Below, one piece after another: positions 8,810 to 17,991 of a stretch of DNA of 64,000 bases. Within the stretch, counting starts at the first letter, position 1, and each line of letters begins with the position of its first letter. The notes below the pieces were generated by a model, which was not told where the DNA came from, ran no database searches, and was given only the letters and a program-made list of their open reading frames with translations. This DNA is from Nanobdellota archaeon (GTDB taxonomy: Archaea; Nanobdellota; Nanobdellia; Pacearchaeales; GW2011-AR1), in contig JBBSXO010000003.1 in the NCBI GenBank assembly GCA_038045705.1, positions 64,001-128,000 on the forward strand. Reading direction: 5' to 3'. A program made the position numbers and the translations under genes.

Positions 8810-9511
8810 TCATTTTCTAGCAAATAAAATTGCTTCCATATGTCTTCTAAATATTCTTTTAATATCTTTAAAACCAATCCCATTCATTAAGTGGATAGCT
8901 TCGTTTTCTCTCATAACAACATCTGGTTGGTTATCCTCTAAATAATGACTAGTCCATTCTCTTTTTATGTCAGGCCTACCCATGTAGTCATAAACATCAA
9001 ATTGTTTTAATTGCCATTCAAGACTTTTTCTATGCATATTTGGATTGGAGAAAGCATACTTATCTCCATTTACAAATAAACCTTCTTTACCTAAAACCCT
9101 ATAGATTTCGGCCAAAACTCGTGCCCTATAAGATGAATCAAAATTATGCAAAGTGAATGCAGAATAGATTACATCAAAATGTCTAGGGGGACATCTGCTC
9201 AAAAAAGGTAATGCATCCGCAAGAACTAAATCAACTTTGCCATCAAAAATAGAATCTTTTAAATTATGCCTAGCTTGTTTAACCATAATATCTTCATTGT
9301 CTATTGCTGTAACATGCATTGAAGGATTCTGGGATAAAACAAAAGAAGTAGTGTAACCAGATCCAAAACCTACTTCTAAAGCTGTTCTGGCTGTAGGATA
9401 ATGAGTTTTTATTGCCTTTGCTAAACCTCTTTGTATACTATCAAAATGGGGACAAGCCAGTTTAAACAATTCATATTCTTCTCCCAATTTACCATGAAAT
9501 CTTTTTGCCAT
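8810..9511 (-). CDS. class I SAM-dependent methyltransferase
   Basis: LEVGFGSG motif I, AID, FDVIYSAFTLH. Confidence 0.9.
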   Translation of the reverse strand: MAKRFHGKLGEEYELFKLACPHFDSIQRGLAKAIKTHYPTARTALEVGFGSGYTTSFVLSQNPSMHVTAIDNEDIMVKQARHNLKDSIFDGKVDLVLADALPFLSRCPPRHFDVIYSAFTLHNFDSSYRARVLAEIYRVLGKEGLFVNGDKYAFSNPNMHRKSLEWQLKQFDVYDYMGRPDIKREWTSHYLEDNQPDVVMRENEAIHLMNGIGFKDIKRIFRRHMEAILFARK

Positions 9512-9515
9512 ATTC

Positions 9516-10181
9516 TTAGAAAGTAAGTTTAATTCCTATAACGGGTGTTGCATTTTTGAATAGTTCTTCATCAAACTCTCCAAAAGACCTACCTTGTACA
9601 AACAAATTAGCTGTGTCTCCTACTCTAAAGTCCAATTCTCCCTCGACATAAAATTTATTTATATCAGTATAATTATTAACTAATAGCTGAGCACTTATTC
9701 TATCAGTTATTTGTTGTGTAGTAAATAATCCAAGTTTGGGGCCATTCTCTCCAGATGTTTCAAATGGAAAAGCTCTCAAAGACAAATAATTACCCGCCAA
9801 TAAGCTTGTATCATATTTTACTCCAACCCTCACTAAGTCCTCATTATCACTACCGCCATTATACTCAGTAGCTAAACTCAAACCATCTAATTTTGAGGAT
9901 AAACCCCCTAAAGAGTAATCAATTCTTGCCTCACCATAGAAAGTGTCTAAATCAGTGCTATTCTCAGGAGCATAAAAGTCTACAAAACTGTATAAGTTAA
10001 CTCTGTTTCCAAAATTATTTCCACCTTCTAACCTAACGGTTGAACTTTTAGAGTCTAATTTATATGCTGGTTGAACATTCAGCCAACCTTTAGATTCGGT
10101 CCCCTTACATCCAAATGTTGCAACTCCAAGTAGTGTAGCTAATAGCCCACCCCTCATTCGGTTATTTGTTTTTGCTTCCAT
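9516..10181 (-). CDS. exported beta-strand protein resembling a Tsx/DUF5020-like outer-membrane beta-barrel
   Basis: Signal with lipobox-like ATFGC; amphipathic strands NLYSFVDFY, FYGEARIDYSL; ends VIGIKLTF. Confidence 0.6.
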   Translation of the reverse strand: MEAKTNNRMRGGLLATLLGVATFGCKGTESKGWLNVQPAYKLDSKSSTVRLEGGNNFGNRVNLYSFVDFYAPENSTDLDTFYGEARIDYSLGGLSSKLDGLSLATEYNGGSDNEDLVRVGVKYDTSLLAGNYLSLRAFPFETSGENGPKLGLFTTQQITDRISAQLLVNNYTDINKFYVEGELDFRVGDTANLFVQGRSFGEFDEELFKNATPVIGIKLTF

Positions 10182-10288
10182 ATTGTCACTTTATAGTAAT
10201 TTCTAAAATAGTGTTTATTTAAAGATTAACACACCACAGCTGGTAGGTAGATAAGAAAGATTTTTATACAATAAAAATATTAGATGAT

Positions 10289-11047
10289 ATGGATCTTTCA
10301 ACATTAAGAGAAGCAGGTCTTACTAATGGAGAAATCAAGGTTTATACCTCATTGCTTAAATTAGGCTCAGTAACAAGCGGACCGTTGATTAAAGAATCTC
10401 ATATTTCTCGTTCTATTATATATGAAATCCTAAATAAATTAATAGAAAAGGGTTTGGTCTCGTATGTAATAAAAGATAAAACCAAACATTACCAAGCTTC
10501 AGATCCTAAAGCAATTGAAGGATATATAGAAGAAAGAATAAAATCTTTAAATAAAAACAAGTCGGAAATAGAAGGAATTCTGCCTTACTTGCTTTCTTTA
10601 AAAAATTCTGCTAAGGGTTCAACAGTTCAAGCATATGAAGGGTTTAAAGGCATCCAAATAGCTCATGAAAATTTATATGAAAGGCTGAAAAAAGGTGATG
10701 AATATTATTATTTAGGTATTTTTTCTTTCCAAAAAGAAGAACAGCACTCATATTGGCAAAGAGATCATCTAAGAAGAATAAAAGCAGGTATTAAATGCAG
10801 ACTTCTTTTTAATAATGATACTGACAAAAGCGTCTTAAAGAATCGTAATGGGTACAAAGGCTGTGAGGCAAGATATATGCCATCAGACATTAAAACTCCA
10901 GCTTGGGTGGGTGGATATAAAGATGTAACTTTCATTGGGCTTCAAACCGACGAACCCATAGCCATAGAAATTGTTAATCAACCAATAGCAGATTCCTTTA
11001 AAGCCTACTTTGAAGAGTTTTGGAAAAAATCAAAAAAATTTAAATGA
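10289..11047 (+). CDS. TrmB-family transcriptional regulator
   Basis: GLTNGEIKVYxxLL..ISRSIIYEILNKLIEKGLV wHTH, YEG, C-terminal PLD-like domain. Confidence 0.9.
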   Translation: MDLSTLREAGLTNGEIKVYTSLLKLGSVTSGPLIKESHISRSIIYEILNKLIEKGLVSYVIKDKTKHYQASDPKAIEGYIEERIKSLNKNKSEIEGILPYLLSLKNSAKGSTVQAYEGFKGIQIAHENLYERLKKGDEYYYLGIFSFQKEEQHSYWQRDHLRRIKAGIKCRLLFNNDTDKSVLKNRNGYKGCEARYMPSDIKTPAWVGGYKDVTFIGLQTDEPIAIEIVNQPIADSFKAYFEEFWKKSKKFK

Positions 11048-11077
11048 ACTACCCAACCAACCCAAAGGGTCGGGTAT
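11046..11077. repeat. IS200/IS605-end-like or REP-like hairpin
   Basis: GAACTACCCAACCAACCC-AAA-GGGTCGGGTAT. Confidence 0.4.
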
Positions 11078-11116
11078 AACGATCAAATTACAACAGTATA
11101 AAGTAAAACTTAAATA

Positions 11117-11142
11117 GTACACAAACAACATCATTTGTATAC
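11117..11142 (+). promoter_or_regulatory. inverted-repeat operator between TATA and the antitoxin start
   Basis: GTACACAAA-N8-TTTGTATAC (one mismatch) directly after TTAAATA. Confidence 0.55.
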
Positions 11143-11145
11143 AAA

Positions 11146-11448
11146 ATGACTTTAATATCAACTAGAATACCCGAAGATATAGAAAAAGACCTCAAATGGT
11201 ACGCACAAAAAGAAAGAATAGGTATATCTATGGCCATGCGAAAAGTACTCGACAAGGGTTTGCAGGACATCAAAATTGAATATGCTTTAGAGTTATACAA
11301 AAAAGGAAGAGTAAGTCTATGGAAAGCAGCGGAAATCGCAGGAATTTCATTATGGGAAATAATAGATATTGTAAAAGAGAGAAAGATACCAAGACAATAC
11401 ACTCAAGAAGATACTGAAAAAGACATAAAGGCAACCTTAAAGGAATAA
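11146..11448 (+). CDS. UPF0175-family antitoxin
   Basis: N-terminal RHH-like ISTRIP; ALELYKKGRVSLWKAAEIAG. Confidence 0.85.
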   Translation: MTLISTRIPEDIEKDLKWYAQKERIGISMAMRKVLDKGLQDIKIEYALELYKKGRVSLWKAAEIAGISLWEIIDIVKERKIPRQYTQEDTEKDIKATLKE

Positions 11449-11449
11449 T

Positions 11450-12019
11450 ATGCTAGCTGTTTCTGATTCAAGTTCATTAATTTATCTTTCAAAAATCAAA
11501 AAAATAAAGTTGCTTAAAGAACTATTCAAAAAAATATATGTTCCTAAAGAAGTCTATAGTGAAACAATAACTGAAGGAGCAAAGAAAAGCGAGAGCGATA
11601 TTTTTCTCATTGAAGAGCTAATAAAAGAAGAATTTATAGAAGTAAAAGAAGTAAAAAATAGATTAGACATTAAAAGTTTGCACTTAGGGGAATTAAAAGC
11701 AATATCCCTATGTCAAGAATTAGGAATAAAGAACTTATTAATTGATGACAAGGATGGTTATAGTGCTACAGAAATATTGGGATTAAATCCATTGAGAACT
11801 ACAAGTATATTGCTCATTTTATTAGATAAAGAAATAATAAGCTTAATGGACTATGAAAATAGCCTTAAAGAACTAATCAAGAACGAATTCTTCATAGAAG
11901 ATAAGTTATATGATATATTAATTATGGCTGGAAGAAACAAAAATCATAAAACTCTGATGGGTTTGTTAGTAGTTTTGGGATTACCGTTGATAATCTCCAG
12001 CATACTAGCTATAACCTAA
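11450..12019 (+). CDS. PIN-domain toxin (COG2405/DUF3368-like)
   Basis: VSDSSSLI, VPKEVYSE, LHLGELKAI, LLIDD. Confidence 0.85.
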   Translation: MLAVSDSSSLIYLSKIKKIKLLKELFKKIYVPKEVYSETITEGAKKSESDIFLIEELIKEEFIEVKEVKNRLDIKSLHLGELKAISLCQELGIKNLLIDDKDGYSATEILGLNPLRTTSILLILLDKEIISLMDYENSLKELIKNEFFIEDKLYDILIMAGRNKNHKTLMGLLVVLGLPLIISSILAIT

Positions 12020-12041
12020 AGACTAGAGATTTCAACTAGTA

Positions 12042-12650
12042 TTAAGAGCTAAACAACTCATTTACTCTATTCCAATTAATCAAGTTCCACCAAGCCTCAA
12101 TAAATTCAGATCTTCTATTCTGGTATTTCAAATAATATGAATGTTCCCACACATCAATCACAAGAACAGGCTTCTTACCAACACTCAAAGGAGAGTCTTG
12201 ATCTTTAGTAGTCATTATCTCTAATTTACCATCCGACAAAACAAGCCAACAATAACCCGAACCAAAAAGAGTAGTTGCTTTCTCAGTAAATTGTTTCTTA
12301 AATTCATCAAAACTACCAAAATCTCTATTTATCTTCTCAATAATCTTACCTTTGAGGTGATTATCCTTCGAAACTGGACCCATTACTTCCCAAAAAATAT
12401 TATGATTAACAAAACCACCTCCAAAATTACGAACAGCATTTCGTATGTCTTCTGGGATAACTTTCAAATTAGCTACAAGTTCTTCAACTGTTTTATCAAA
12501 TAGTTCAGGATGCTTCTCAAGTGCAACATTCAATTTATCGCAATAAGTTTGGTGATGTTTGGAATAATGTATCTCAACAGTCTTAGCATCCATATAAGGC
12601 TCTAATGCATCAAAGGCATAAGGCAATTTAGGAAGTACATGTTTCTTCAT
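12042..12650 (-). CDS. sod: Fe/Mn superoxide dismutase; start re-set to MKKH
   Basis: LPYAFDALEP, HYSKHH, NHNIFW, FGSG, DVWEHSYY. Confidence 0.96.
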   Translation of the reverse strand: MKKHVLPKLPYAFDALEPYMDAKTVEIHYSKHHQTYCDKLNVALEKHPELFDKTVEELVANLKVIPEDIRNAVRNFGGGFVNHNIFWEVMGPVSKDNHLKGKIIEKINRDFGSFDEFKKQFTEKATTLFGSGYCWLVLSDGKLEIMTTKDQDSPLSVGKKPVLVIDVWEHSYYLKYQNRRSEFIEAWWNLINWNRVNELFSS

Positions 12651-12699
12651 ATAAAGTTGCAGTAAATACTCTTTATAAGAATTTGTAGTCAAATAAAAA

Positions 12700-13062
12700 T
12701 TACTTAACAAACTCTACATTCTCTAAGTCTTTGAACTGATTATCTCCAGTTAGAAATTTTATATTAAGATCTTTTGCTATTACATATCCAAGACAGTCAA
12801 CGTAAGACAAGTTATTCTTTTTATGTTTTAACCTAAAATTCGTTGCTTCCTTTATCCAGTCAAACTTTAAATTAATACAAAAAGCCCTTATAATATTGAA
12901 AAAATCATCTATGCCTGTATCCGTACCTTTATTTTTTAAGCTGTAATATGCTTCATATAGATTAAAATAAGTTGTAACAGTTACCACATCTTGATACTTA
13001 GAATAATTAATGCTCCCCTTAAAGATTTCTATTAATGCATAGCTATCAAAAAAATAGTTCAT
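12700..13062 (-). CDS. vapC: VapC PIN toxin
   Basis: FFDSYALIE, LSYVDC, LTGD; ATGA overlap with the antitoxin. Confidence 0.9.
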   Translation of the reverse strand: MNYFFDSYALIEIFKGSINYSKYQDVVTVTTYFNLYEAYYSLKNKGTDTGIDDFFNIIRAFCINLKFDWIKEATNFRLKHKKNNLSYVDCLGYVIAKDLNIKFLTGDNQFKDLENVEFVK

Positions 13063-13307
13063 TTTTTTGCCCATTTTCTTTTTTCTGCTTCAAATTCTTC
13101 CCTTCTTATTTCATCCTTCATTTTTTGAGCATCGATTTTAGAGCCCTTGCCTATCCCAAATAGCTCTTTTAAAGTGTGTCTTTTTTTTATAACAATATCT
13201 ACTTCCTCATCTTCCTGCAAGTTTTCCCTTATAACAACCTCTTTAGGTATAACTATACCAAGTGAATTTCCCCATATTTTTATTTTAGCTTTTGTTTGCA
13301 ATTCCAC
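13059..13307 (-). CDS. AbrB/MazE/SpoVT antitoxin
   Basis: KIWGNSLGIVIPK. Confidence 0.9.
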   Translation of the reverse strand: MELQTKAKIKIWGNSLGIVIPKEVVIRENLQEDEEVDIVIKKRHTLKELFGIGKGSKIDAQKMKDEIRREEFEAEKRKWAKK

Positions 13308-13401
13308 GTCTAATTAATAATTATACTATTATATAAAACTTTCTCTTAAAAAATCTAATCAACCCCATAACCTATTTAATCACATCAATCATAAAATAAT
13401 T

Positions 13402-14712
13402 ATGTCTTACGATATAATCTTAGGCAGAGACGCCTCAGATAAAAAGAAGTTTGGTACTGCAGGCCTTATACATATAGGAAAAGGTTATGTCACAATGGGG
13501 AACTATACCTCAATGTCAAATAATATTTACTTAGATGTAGCAAGATCTCATGTAATTCTAGTGGCTGGCAAACGTGGAAGTGGCAAAAGTTATTCGATAG
13601 GAGTAATCACAGAAGAAATAGCAAATCTACCACAAGAACTTGCTAGAAACATAGCACCAATAATCTTCGATACAATGGGAATTTTCTGGACAATGAAATT
13701 CAAAAACGAAAAAGACAAAGATATTCTAAACGAATGGAACTTAGAAGCAAAAGAATCTCCAATAAAAGTATTTGCTCCAATAGGTAAAATTGAAGAGTAT
13801 AAAGAAAAGGGAATCCCTGTAGATGAATCATTCGCCTTAAAAGCCAGCGAACTAGAAGCAGAAGACTGGATAATTACTTTCAATTTATTAATGACATCTC
13901 AAGAAGGTGTTCTAATAACTAACACAATATCCAAACTAAAACAAGAAACAGATAGCTTCACAATTCAAGATATAATAAAACAAGTAACACACACCCATAA
14001 TGTAAGTCAAGAAACAAAAAATGTAGCAAGTTCATTATTCCAGGCAGCAGAAAGCTGGGGCATATTCTCAAAGTCAAATGAAGGAACAAAAATTACAGAC
14101 TTGGTAAATGCAGGAAAGACAACAATTATAGATTTATCAGTTTACAGTTCTATAGGTTCTTTCAATGTTAGAGGTCTAGTAATAGGTTTAGTAAGTAAAA
14201 AATTATTCAATGAAAGAATAAACGCTAGAAAAAAGGAAGAAATTCAGTCAATTCAACACGGAATAGATTATATGTCTTATAATCCAACAAGAGAAAATCC
14301 TCTAATTTGGCTCTTTATAGACGAGGCTCATGAGTTCTTGAAAAAAAATGAAAAAACGCCAGCAACAGATGCATTAGTACAAATTTTAAGAGAAGGACGT
14401 CAGCCTGGTATTTCACTAGTTCTAGCAACCCAGCAACCAGGACAAATACACAATGACGTAATGACTCAATCAGATATAGTCATCTCGCACAGAGTCACAT
14501 CTAAGCCAGATATTGAAGCTCTAAATCAAATAATGCAATCTTACCTATTAGAAAGCATCAAATCCTCAATGGACAAATTACCATCAAGCAAGGGTTCAGC
14601 AATAATTCTAGATGACAATTCTGAAAGAATCTATCCAATGAGAATGCGTCCAAGACTCACATGGCATGGGGGAGAGTCTCCATCAGCAGTGAAGGGTCAG
14701 TCCTCTTTATAG
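13402..14712 (+). CDS. HerA/FtsK/VirB4-superfamily ATPase (DUF87-like)
   Basis: GKRGSGKS, IFDTMG, FIDEAH, REGR, LATQQP. Confidence 0.9.
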   Translation: MSYDIILGRDASDKKKFGTAGLIHIGKGYVTMGNYTSMSNNIYLDVARSHVILVAGKRGSGKSYSIGVITEEIANLPQELARNIAPIIFDTMGIFWTMKFKNEKDKDILNEWNLEAKESPIKVFAPIGKIEEYKEKGIPVDESFALKASELEAEDWIITFNLLMTSQEGVLITNTISKLKQETDSFTIQDIIKQVTHTHNVSQETKNVASSLFQAAESWGIFSKSNEGTKITDLVNAGKTTIIDLSVYSSIGSFNVRGLVIGLVSKKLFNERINARKKEEIQSIQHGIDYMSYNPTRENPLIWLFIDEAHEFLKKNEKTPATDALVQILREGRQPGISLVLATQQPGQIHNDVMTQSDIVISHRVTSKPDIEALNQIMQSYLLESIKSSMDKLPSSKGSAIILDDNSERIYPMRMRPRLTWHGGESPSAVKGQSSL

Positions 14713-14746
14713 AAAAATTTAAATATTAGTTATACTGTTTATACGT

Positions 14747-14971
14747 ATGATAGAAGTAAGAACAAAATTAAAAAAATGGGGAAACTCATTCGGAGTAGTT
14801 GTACCTATAAGTTCAGCTGAAAAGGAAGGAGCAAAGGAAGGAGATGAAGTAATAGTTTTGATGAAAAAAGAAAAGGGGAATGTGTTAAGAGAGACTTTCG
14901 GCACCTCAAAGTCAAAAAAATCAGTAAAGGAATTGATGAAAGAAATTGATGAGGAATTAGATTTTGGTTAG
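14747..14971 (+). CDS. AbrB/MazE/SpoVT antitoxin
   Basis: KKWGNSFGVVVP. Confidence 0.9.
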   Translation: MIEVRTKLKKWGNSFGVVVPISSAEKEGAKEGDEVIVLMKKEKGNVLRETFGTSKSKKSVKELMKEIDEELDFG

Positions 14972-15326
14972 ATATTTTTTTGATTCTTATGCAATTATGG
15001 AAATAATTGAGGGAAACTCGAATTACGAAATTTACTTAGACTCCGAAATTGTAATAAATAACTTTAATTTCGCGGAATTATGCTATGGGTGGTTCAGAAA
15101 TAAAGAGAAAAATGTTGAAATTTATATCAAAAAATATTCAAAGCATATAGTATCTGTTAACCCAGATTGGATTGAAGAAGCCATGAAGTTCAGAGCGGAG
15201 TGGAAAGATAGAAAAGTGTCTGTTCCAGACTGCATAGGATACATTATGGCTAAAAAACTTGGAATACTTTTTCTAACAGGAGACAAAGAATTCAAAGACT
15301 TAGATAATGTAGAATTTGTAAAGTAA
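14964..15326 (+). CDS. vapC: VapC PIN toxin
   Basis: FFDSYAIME, VSVPDC, LTGD; paralog of 12700-13062. Confidence 0.9.
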   Translation: MVRYFFDSYAIMEIIEGNSNYEIYLDSEIVINNFNFAELCYGWFRNKEKNVEIYIKKYSKHIVSVNPDWIEEAMKFRAEWKDRKVSVPDCIGYIMAKKLGILFLTGDKEFKDLDNVEFVK

Positions 15327-15367
15327 CCAATAGTAAGCTTTTTAAACCACTTTTTGATAGTAACATC

Positions 15368-16093
15368 ATGACAAAATTACCATTGGTTATTGGAGTGGGA
15401 GGTCTTCTTGAACAAGGAGAATCTGGAAGAATCCAAGAAATGCTACAGGCAATGAAAGATAAAGGTTGTATAGTTTATGCCCCAAGATTTGGTACAATCT
15501 GTAAAGATGGTAATACTATAATTTGTCCAGTAAATGGAAATTGGATTGAGGATATAGGTAGAGTAGTGAGAGAAGCTCTTTCAAATGAAAGAGTAGATCC
15601 TTATAGAATAGGATTTATTGCCTCTAGTTTAGGAGCTACTTTCTTAGATTATTTTTTAGCATCAGATACAAACCTACCTGATAAAATAAAACCTTATGTT
15701 TCAATAGTACCTTTTGCAAAGCCCCATCCAGGAATAAAGCCACATGTTCAAAGAATGATTGACGGAAAAGTAGATCTTGACGTAAGTTTCCCTCATGATA
15801 GAGAAAGAGGAGTAACTCGTATAATTCCATCACGTTGCCTAGAAACAGTGCTTGACATTGATGTTCCAAAAGCATTATCTATCGATAAAAAAAGCTATTC
15901 AATAAACCCCTTAACAATATTAGGTTCTAAAGATGATCGCTGTGACAATTCTGCAACAAAACAAAGACACCATATTCTTTCAGGCAAGCCAGAGAATCTT
16001 GTAGAATTGCCTGAATATGGTCATAGCATTCCTCAAGAAAAAGTTCAAGATAGAGTTTTAGAATTTATGTATGAGGGGTTAGGAATTAATTAA
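15368..16093 (+). CDS. alpha/beta hydrolase-fold protein
   Basis: Elbow ASSLG, GSKDD, GHS triad order. Confidence 0.75.
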   Translation: MTKLPLVIGVGGLLEQGESGRIQEMLQAMKDKGCIVYAPRFGTICKDGNTIICPVNGNWIEDIGRVVREALSNERVDPYRIGFIASSLGATFLDYFLASDTNLPDKIKPYVSIVPFAKPHPGIKPHVQRMIDGKVDLDVSFPHDRERGVTRIIPSRCLETVLDIDVPKALSIDKKSYSINPLTILGSKDDRCDNSATKQRHHILSGKPENLVELPEYGHSIPQEKVQDRVLEFMYEGLGIN

Positions 16094-16871
16094 CAATAAT
16101 ATCCGCCCTATACCTAAACTTCCTAGCACCAATATCGCCTGCTTTCACAATACGCAATATCTTAACCTTCTTCCCAGCTCTAAAGGCCTCATTAATTATC
16201 AGCTCATTCAATTTATCAACTTCATCCTCAAGATAAAATCCGTAATAATGAATTATTGTTCCTTTTTTTGTAACTCTAAAAGCAACATCCAAAAAGCTAT
16301 CCTCAAGGTTAGGTCTAGTCATCAGAATTCTATCAAAATTACCACTAACCTTCTTACCCTTGCCAATAACTCTTCTTACATCTCCCTGAACAACATGAAC
16401 TTTTCCAATTAATTTGTTACGTTTAACATTTTCCAAAGCATACTTGCTAGCATCTTTACCCAATTCAACACTATAAACCTCAGAAGCTTTAGAACTTTTA
16501 CCAATTACAATGCTAAATGGACCTACCCCAGCAAACATAACTAAGACACGCTCTCCTTTCTTAATCATTTTAGAAACATTCTTCCTTTCCTCACTCAAAC
16601 GAGGAGAAAAATAACAAGTCTCAACATTAAATCTAAACTCACAACCATTCTCTCGGTATAAAGCCTCTAATGTCTTCTCACCTGCAATAAACCTAGTCTT
16701 TAAAGTTCTAAGTCTTCCAGAAAACTTACCAACCTTCTCAAGAACAGTTGTAACGCTTTTATTCTTCTTTAAATAATCAACAGCAAATTTCTTTTTAAAA
16801 TTAGCAGACTTACTTCTATCAAACTTAATTATGACAATATTTCCGACAACATCATACCCAATTTTATTCAT
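16086..16871 (-). CDS. Trm5/Tyw2 (Met-10+) tRNA-modifying SAM-dependent enzyme; start probably MNKIGYD
   Basis: YDVVGNI, YFSPRLSEER, MFAGVGPF. Confidence 0.88.
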   Translation of the reverse strand: MNKIGYDVVGNIVIIKFDRSKSANFKKKFAVDYLKKNKSVTTVLEKVGKFSGRLRTLKTRFIAGEKTLEALYRENGCEFRFNVETCYFSPRLSEERKNVSKMIKKGERVLVMFAGVGPFSIVIGKSSKASEVYSVELGKDASKYALENVKRNKLIGKVHVVQGDVRRVIGKGKKVSGNFDRILMTRPNLEDSFLDVAFRVTKKGTIIHYYGFYLEDEVDKLNELIINEAFRAGKKVKILRIVKAGDIGARKFRYRADIIVN

Positions 16872-16921
16872 ATTGGAAAATTGGGGGGACTTCAAATTTC
16901 GATTTGATGGATATCCAATTC

Positions 16922-17353
16922 TCATTTTAAAATCTCCACAATTTGTTCATAAAAAGCTTCTGCATCTTCAATACATAATTTAGCCTCATCTTTGTCAGCA
17001 GAATAATCAAAACCATATAAAATTTCTTTCCTCTCACTCTGATGATTCAGAAAAGATTCCAATAAACCAGTAGATATTAAATTAGAATGTTTTTCTTTTA
17101 AATAAACATAAACAGCATAATGGCTTTTTTCCTGAATTCCATCCTTATACAGAAAAGCTCTTGCAATATGAAACATAGAGGTGTAAGCACTTAAAATGCT
17201 TTGCTCATAAAAACCAGATTTAAAGAGTTCGTTTGCTTCTTTTAACTTTTTTTCGGAAATAATGACAGATTGTTTAGATTTACCTAGATCAGCCCCAACT
17301 TTCCTAAGCTTCCTTTCCTCAAATAAATCCTTAACACTAACCATATCAATCAA
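16922..17353 (-). CDS. HEPN-domain protein
   Basis: AYTSMFH..EKSH..RxxxxY. Confidence 0.88.
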   Translation of the reverse strand: MIDMVSVKDLFEERKLRKVGADLGKSKQSVIISEKKLKEANELFKSGFYEQSILSAYTSMFHIARAFLYKDGIQEKSHYAVYVYLKEKHSNLISTGLLESFLNHQSERKEILYGFDYSADKDEAKLCIEDAEAFYEQIVEILK

Positions 17354-17906
17354 CCAAAGGTTTGTCTCCTATTAATGCTATTCCATCCTTGATAACATCT
17401 TGGTAAAATGCCTTGTTATTGAGAGCTTGCTTCTTCCACTCTGCCCATGTAAATATATATGCTTGTATTTCTTTGCCAATTTTCTCTTCAAATTTTCTAA
17501 AATCCATTTTTTTATTAACTGAAACAATCAGAATATCCAAATCACTCTTGGGATCATCTAATCCTTTAGCAACACTTCCAAAAACAATAAGGTTAGAGAC
17601 ACCACTTTCTTTAAAATAATCAATCATACCACTATTTTCAATTCCATTTAAAGAGAATATTATTTTCAACTGCCTAAATACAACACTTTCAAGATTTGAC
17701 TTGAAACATCTTAAATTACCTCTTTTAATTTCATTAATCCATCTATTCCTCAAAAATAAGTTAAGAAACCTTTGTGCAGAATTAGGACTAATCTTTAAAA
17801 CACGAGAAAATTCCCTTATATATATTTCATCATAAGGATTTTCAACAAACCACTTCAAAGCAATTAAGACAAGAACCTCTCCAGAATCAATGTTATATTT
17901 TTTCAT
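17346..17906 (-). CDS. wHTH-fused minimal nucleotidyltransferase (MNT antitoxin)
   Basis: VFGSVAKG..SDLDIL; overlaps the HEPN gene. Confidence 0.9.
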   Translation of the reverse strand: MKKYNIDSGEVLVLIALKWFVENPYDEIYIREFSRVLKISPNSAQRFLNLFLRNRWINEIKRGNLRCFKSNLESVVFRQLKIIFSLNGIENSGMIDYFKESGVSNLIVFGSVAKGLDDPKSDLDILIVSVNKKMDFRKFEEKIGKEIQAYIFTWAEWKKQALNNKAFYQDVIKDGIALIGDKPLVD

Positions 17907-17991
17907 ACAGTTGTATGAAAAAATAACTATTTAAACTTTAGCAACAAACATAATCTACCATTCCATAAAAAAGTAAAAATAGATTCAGTTG

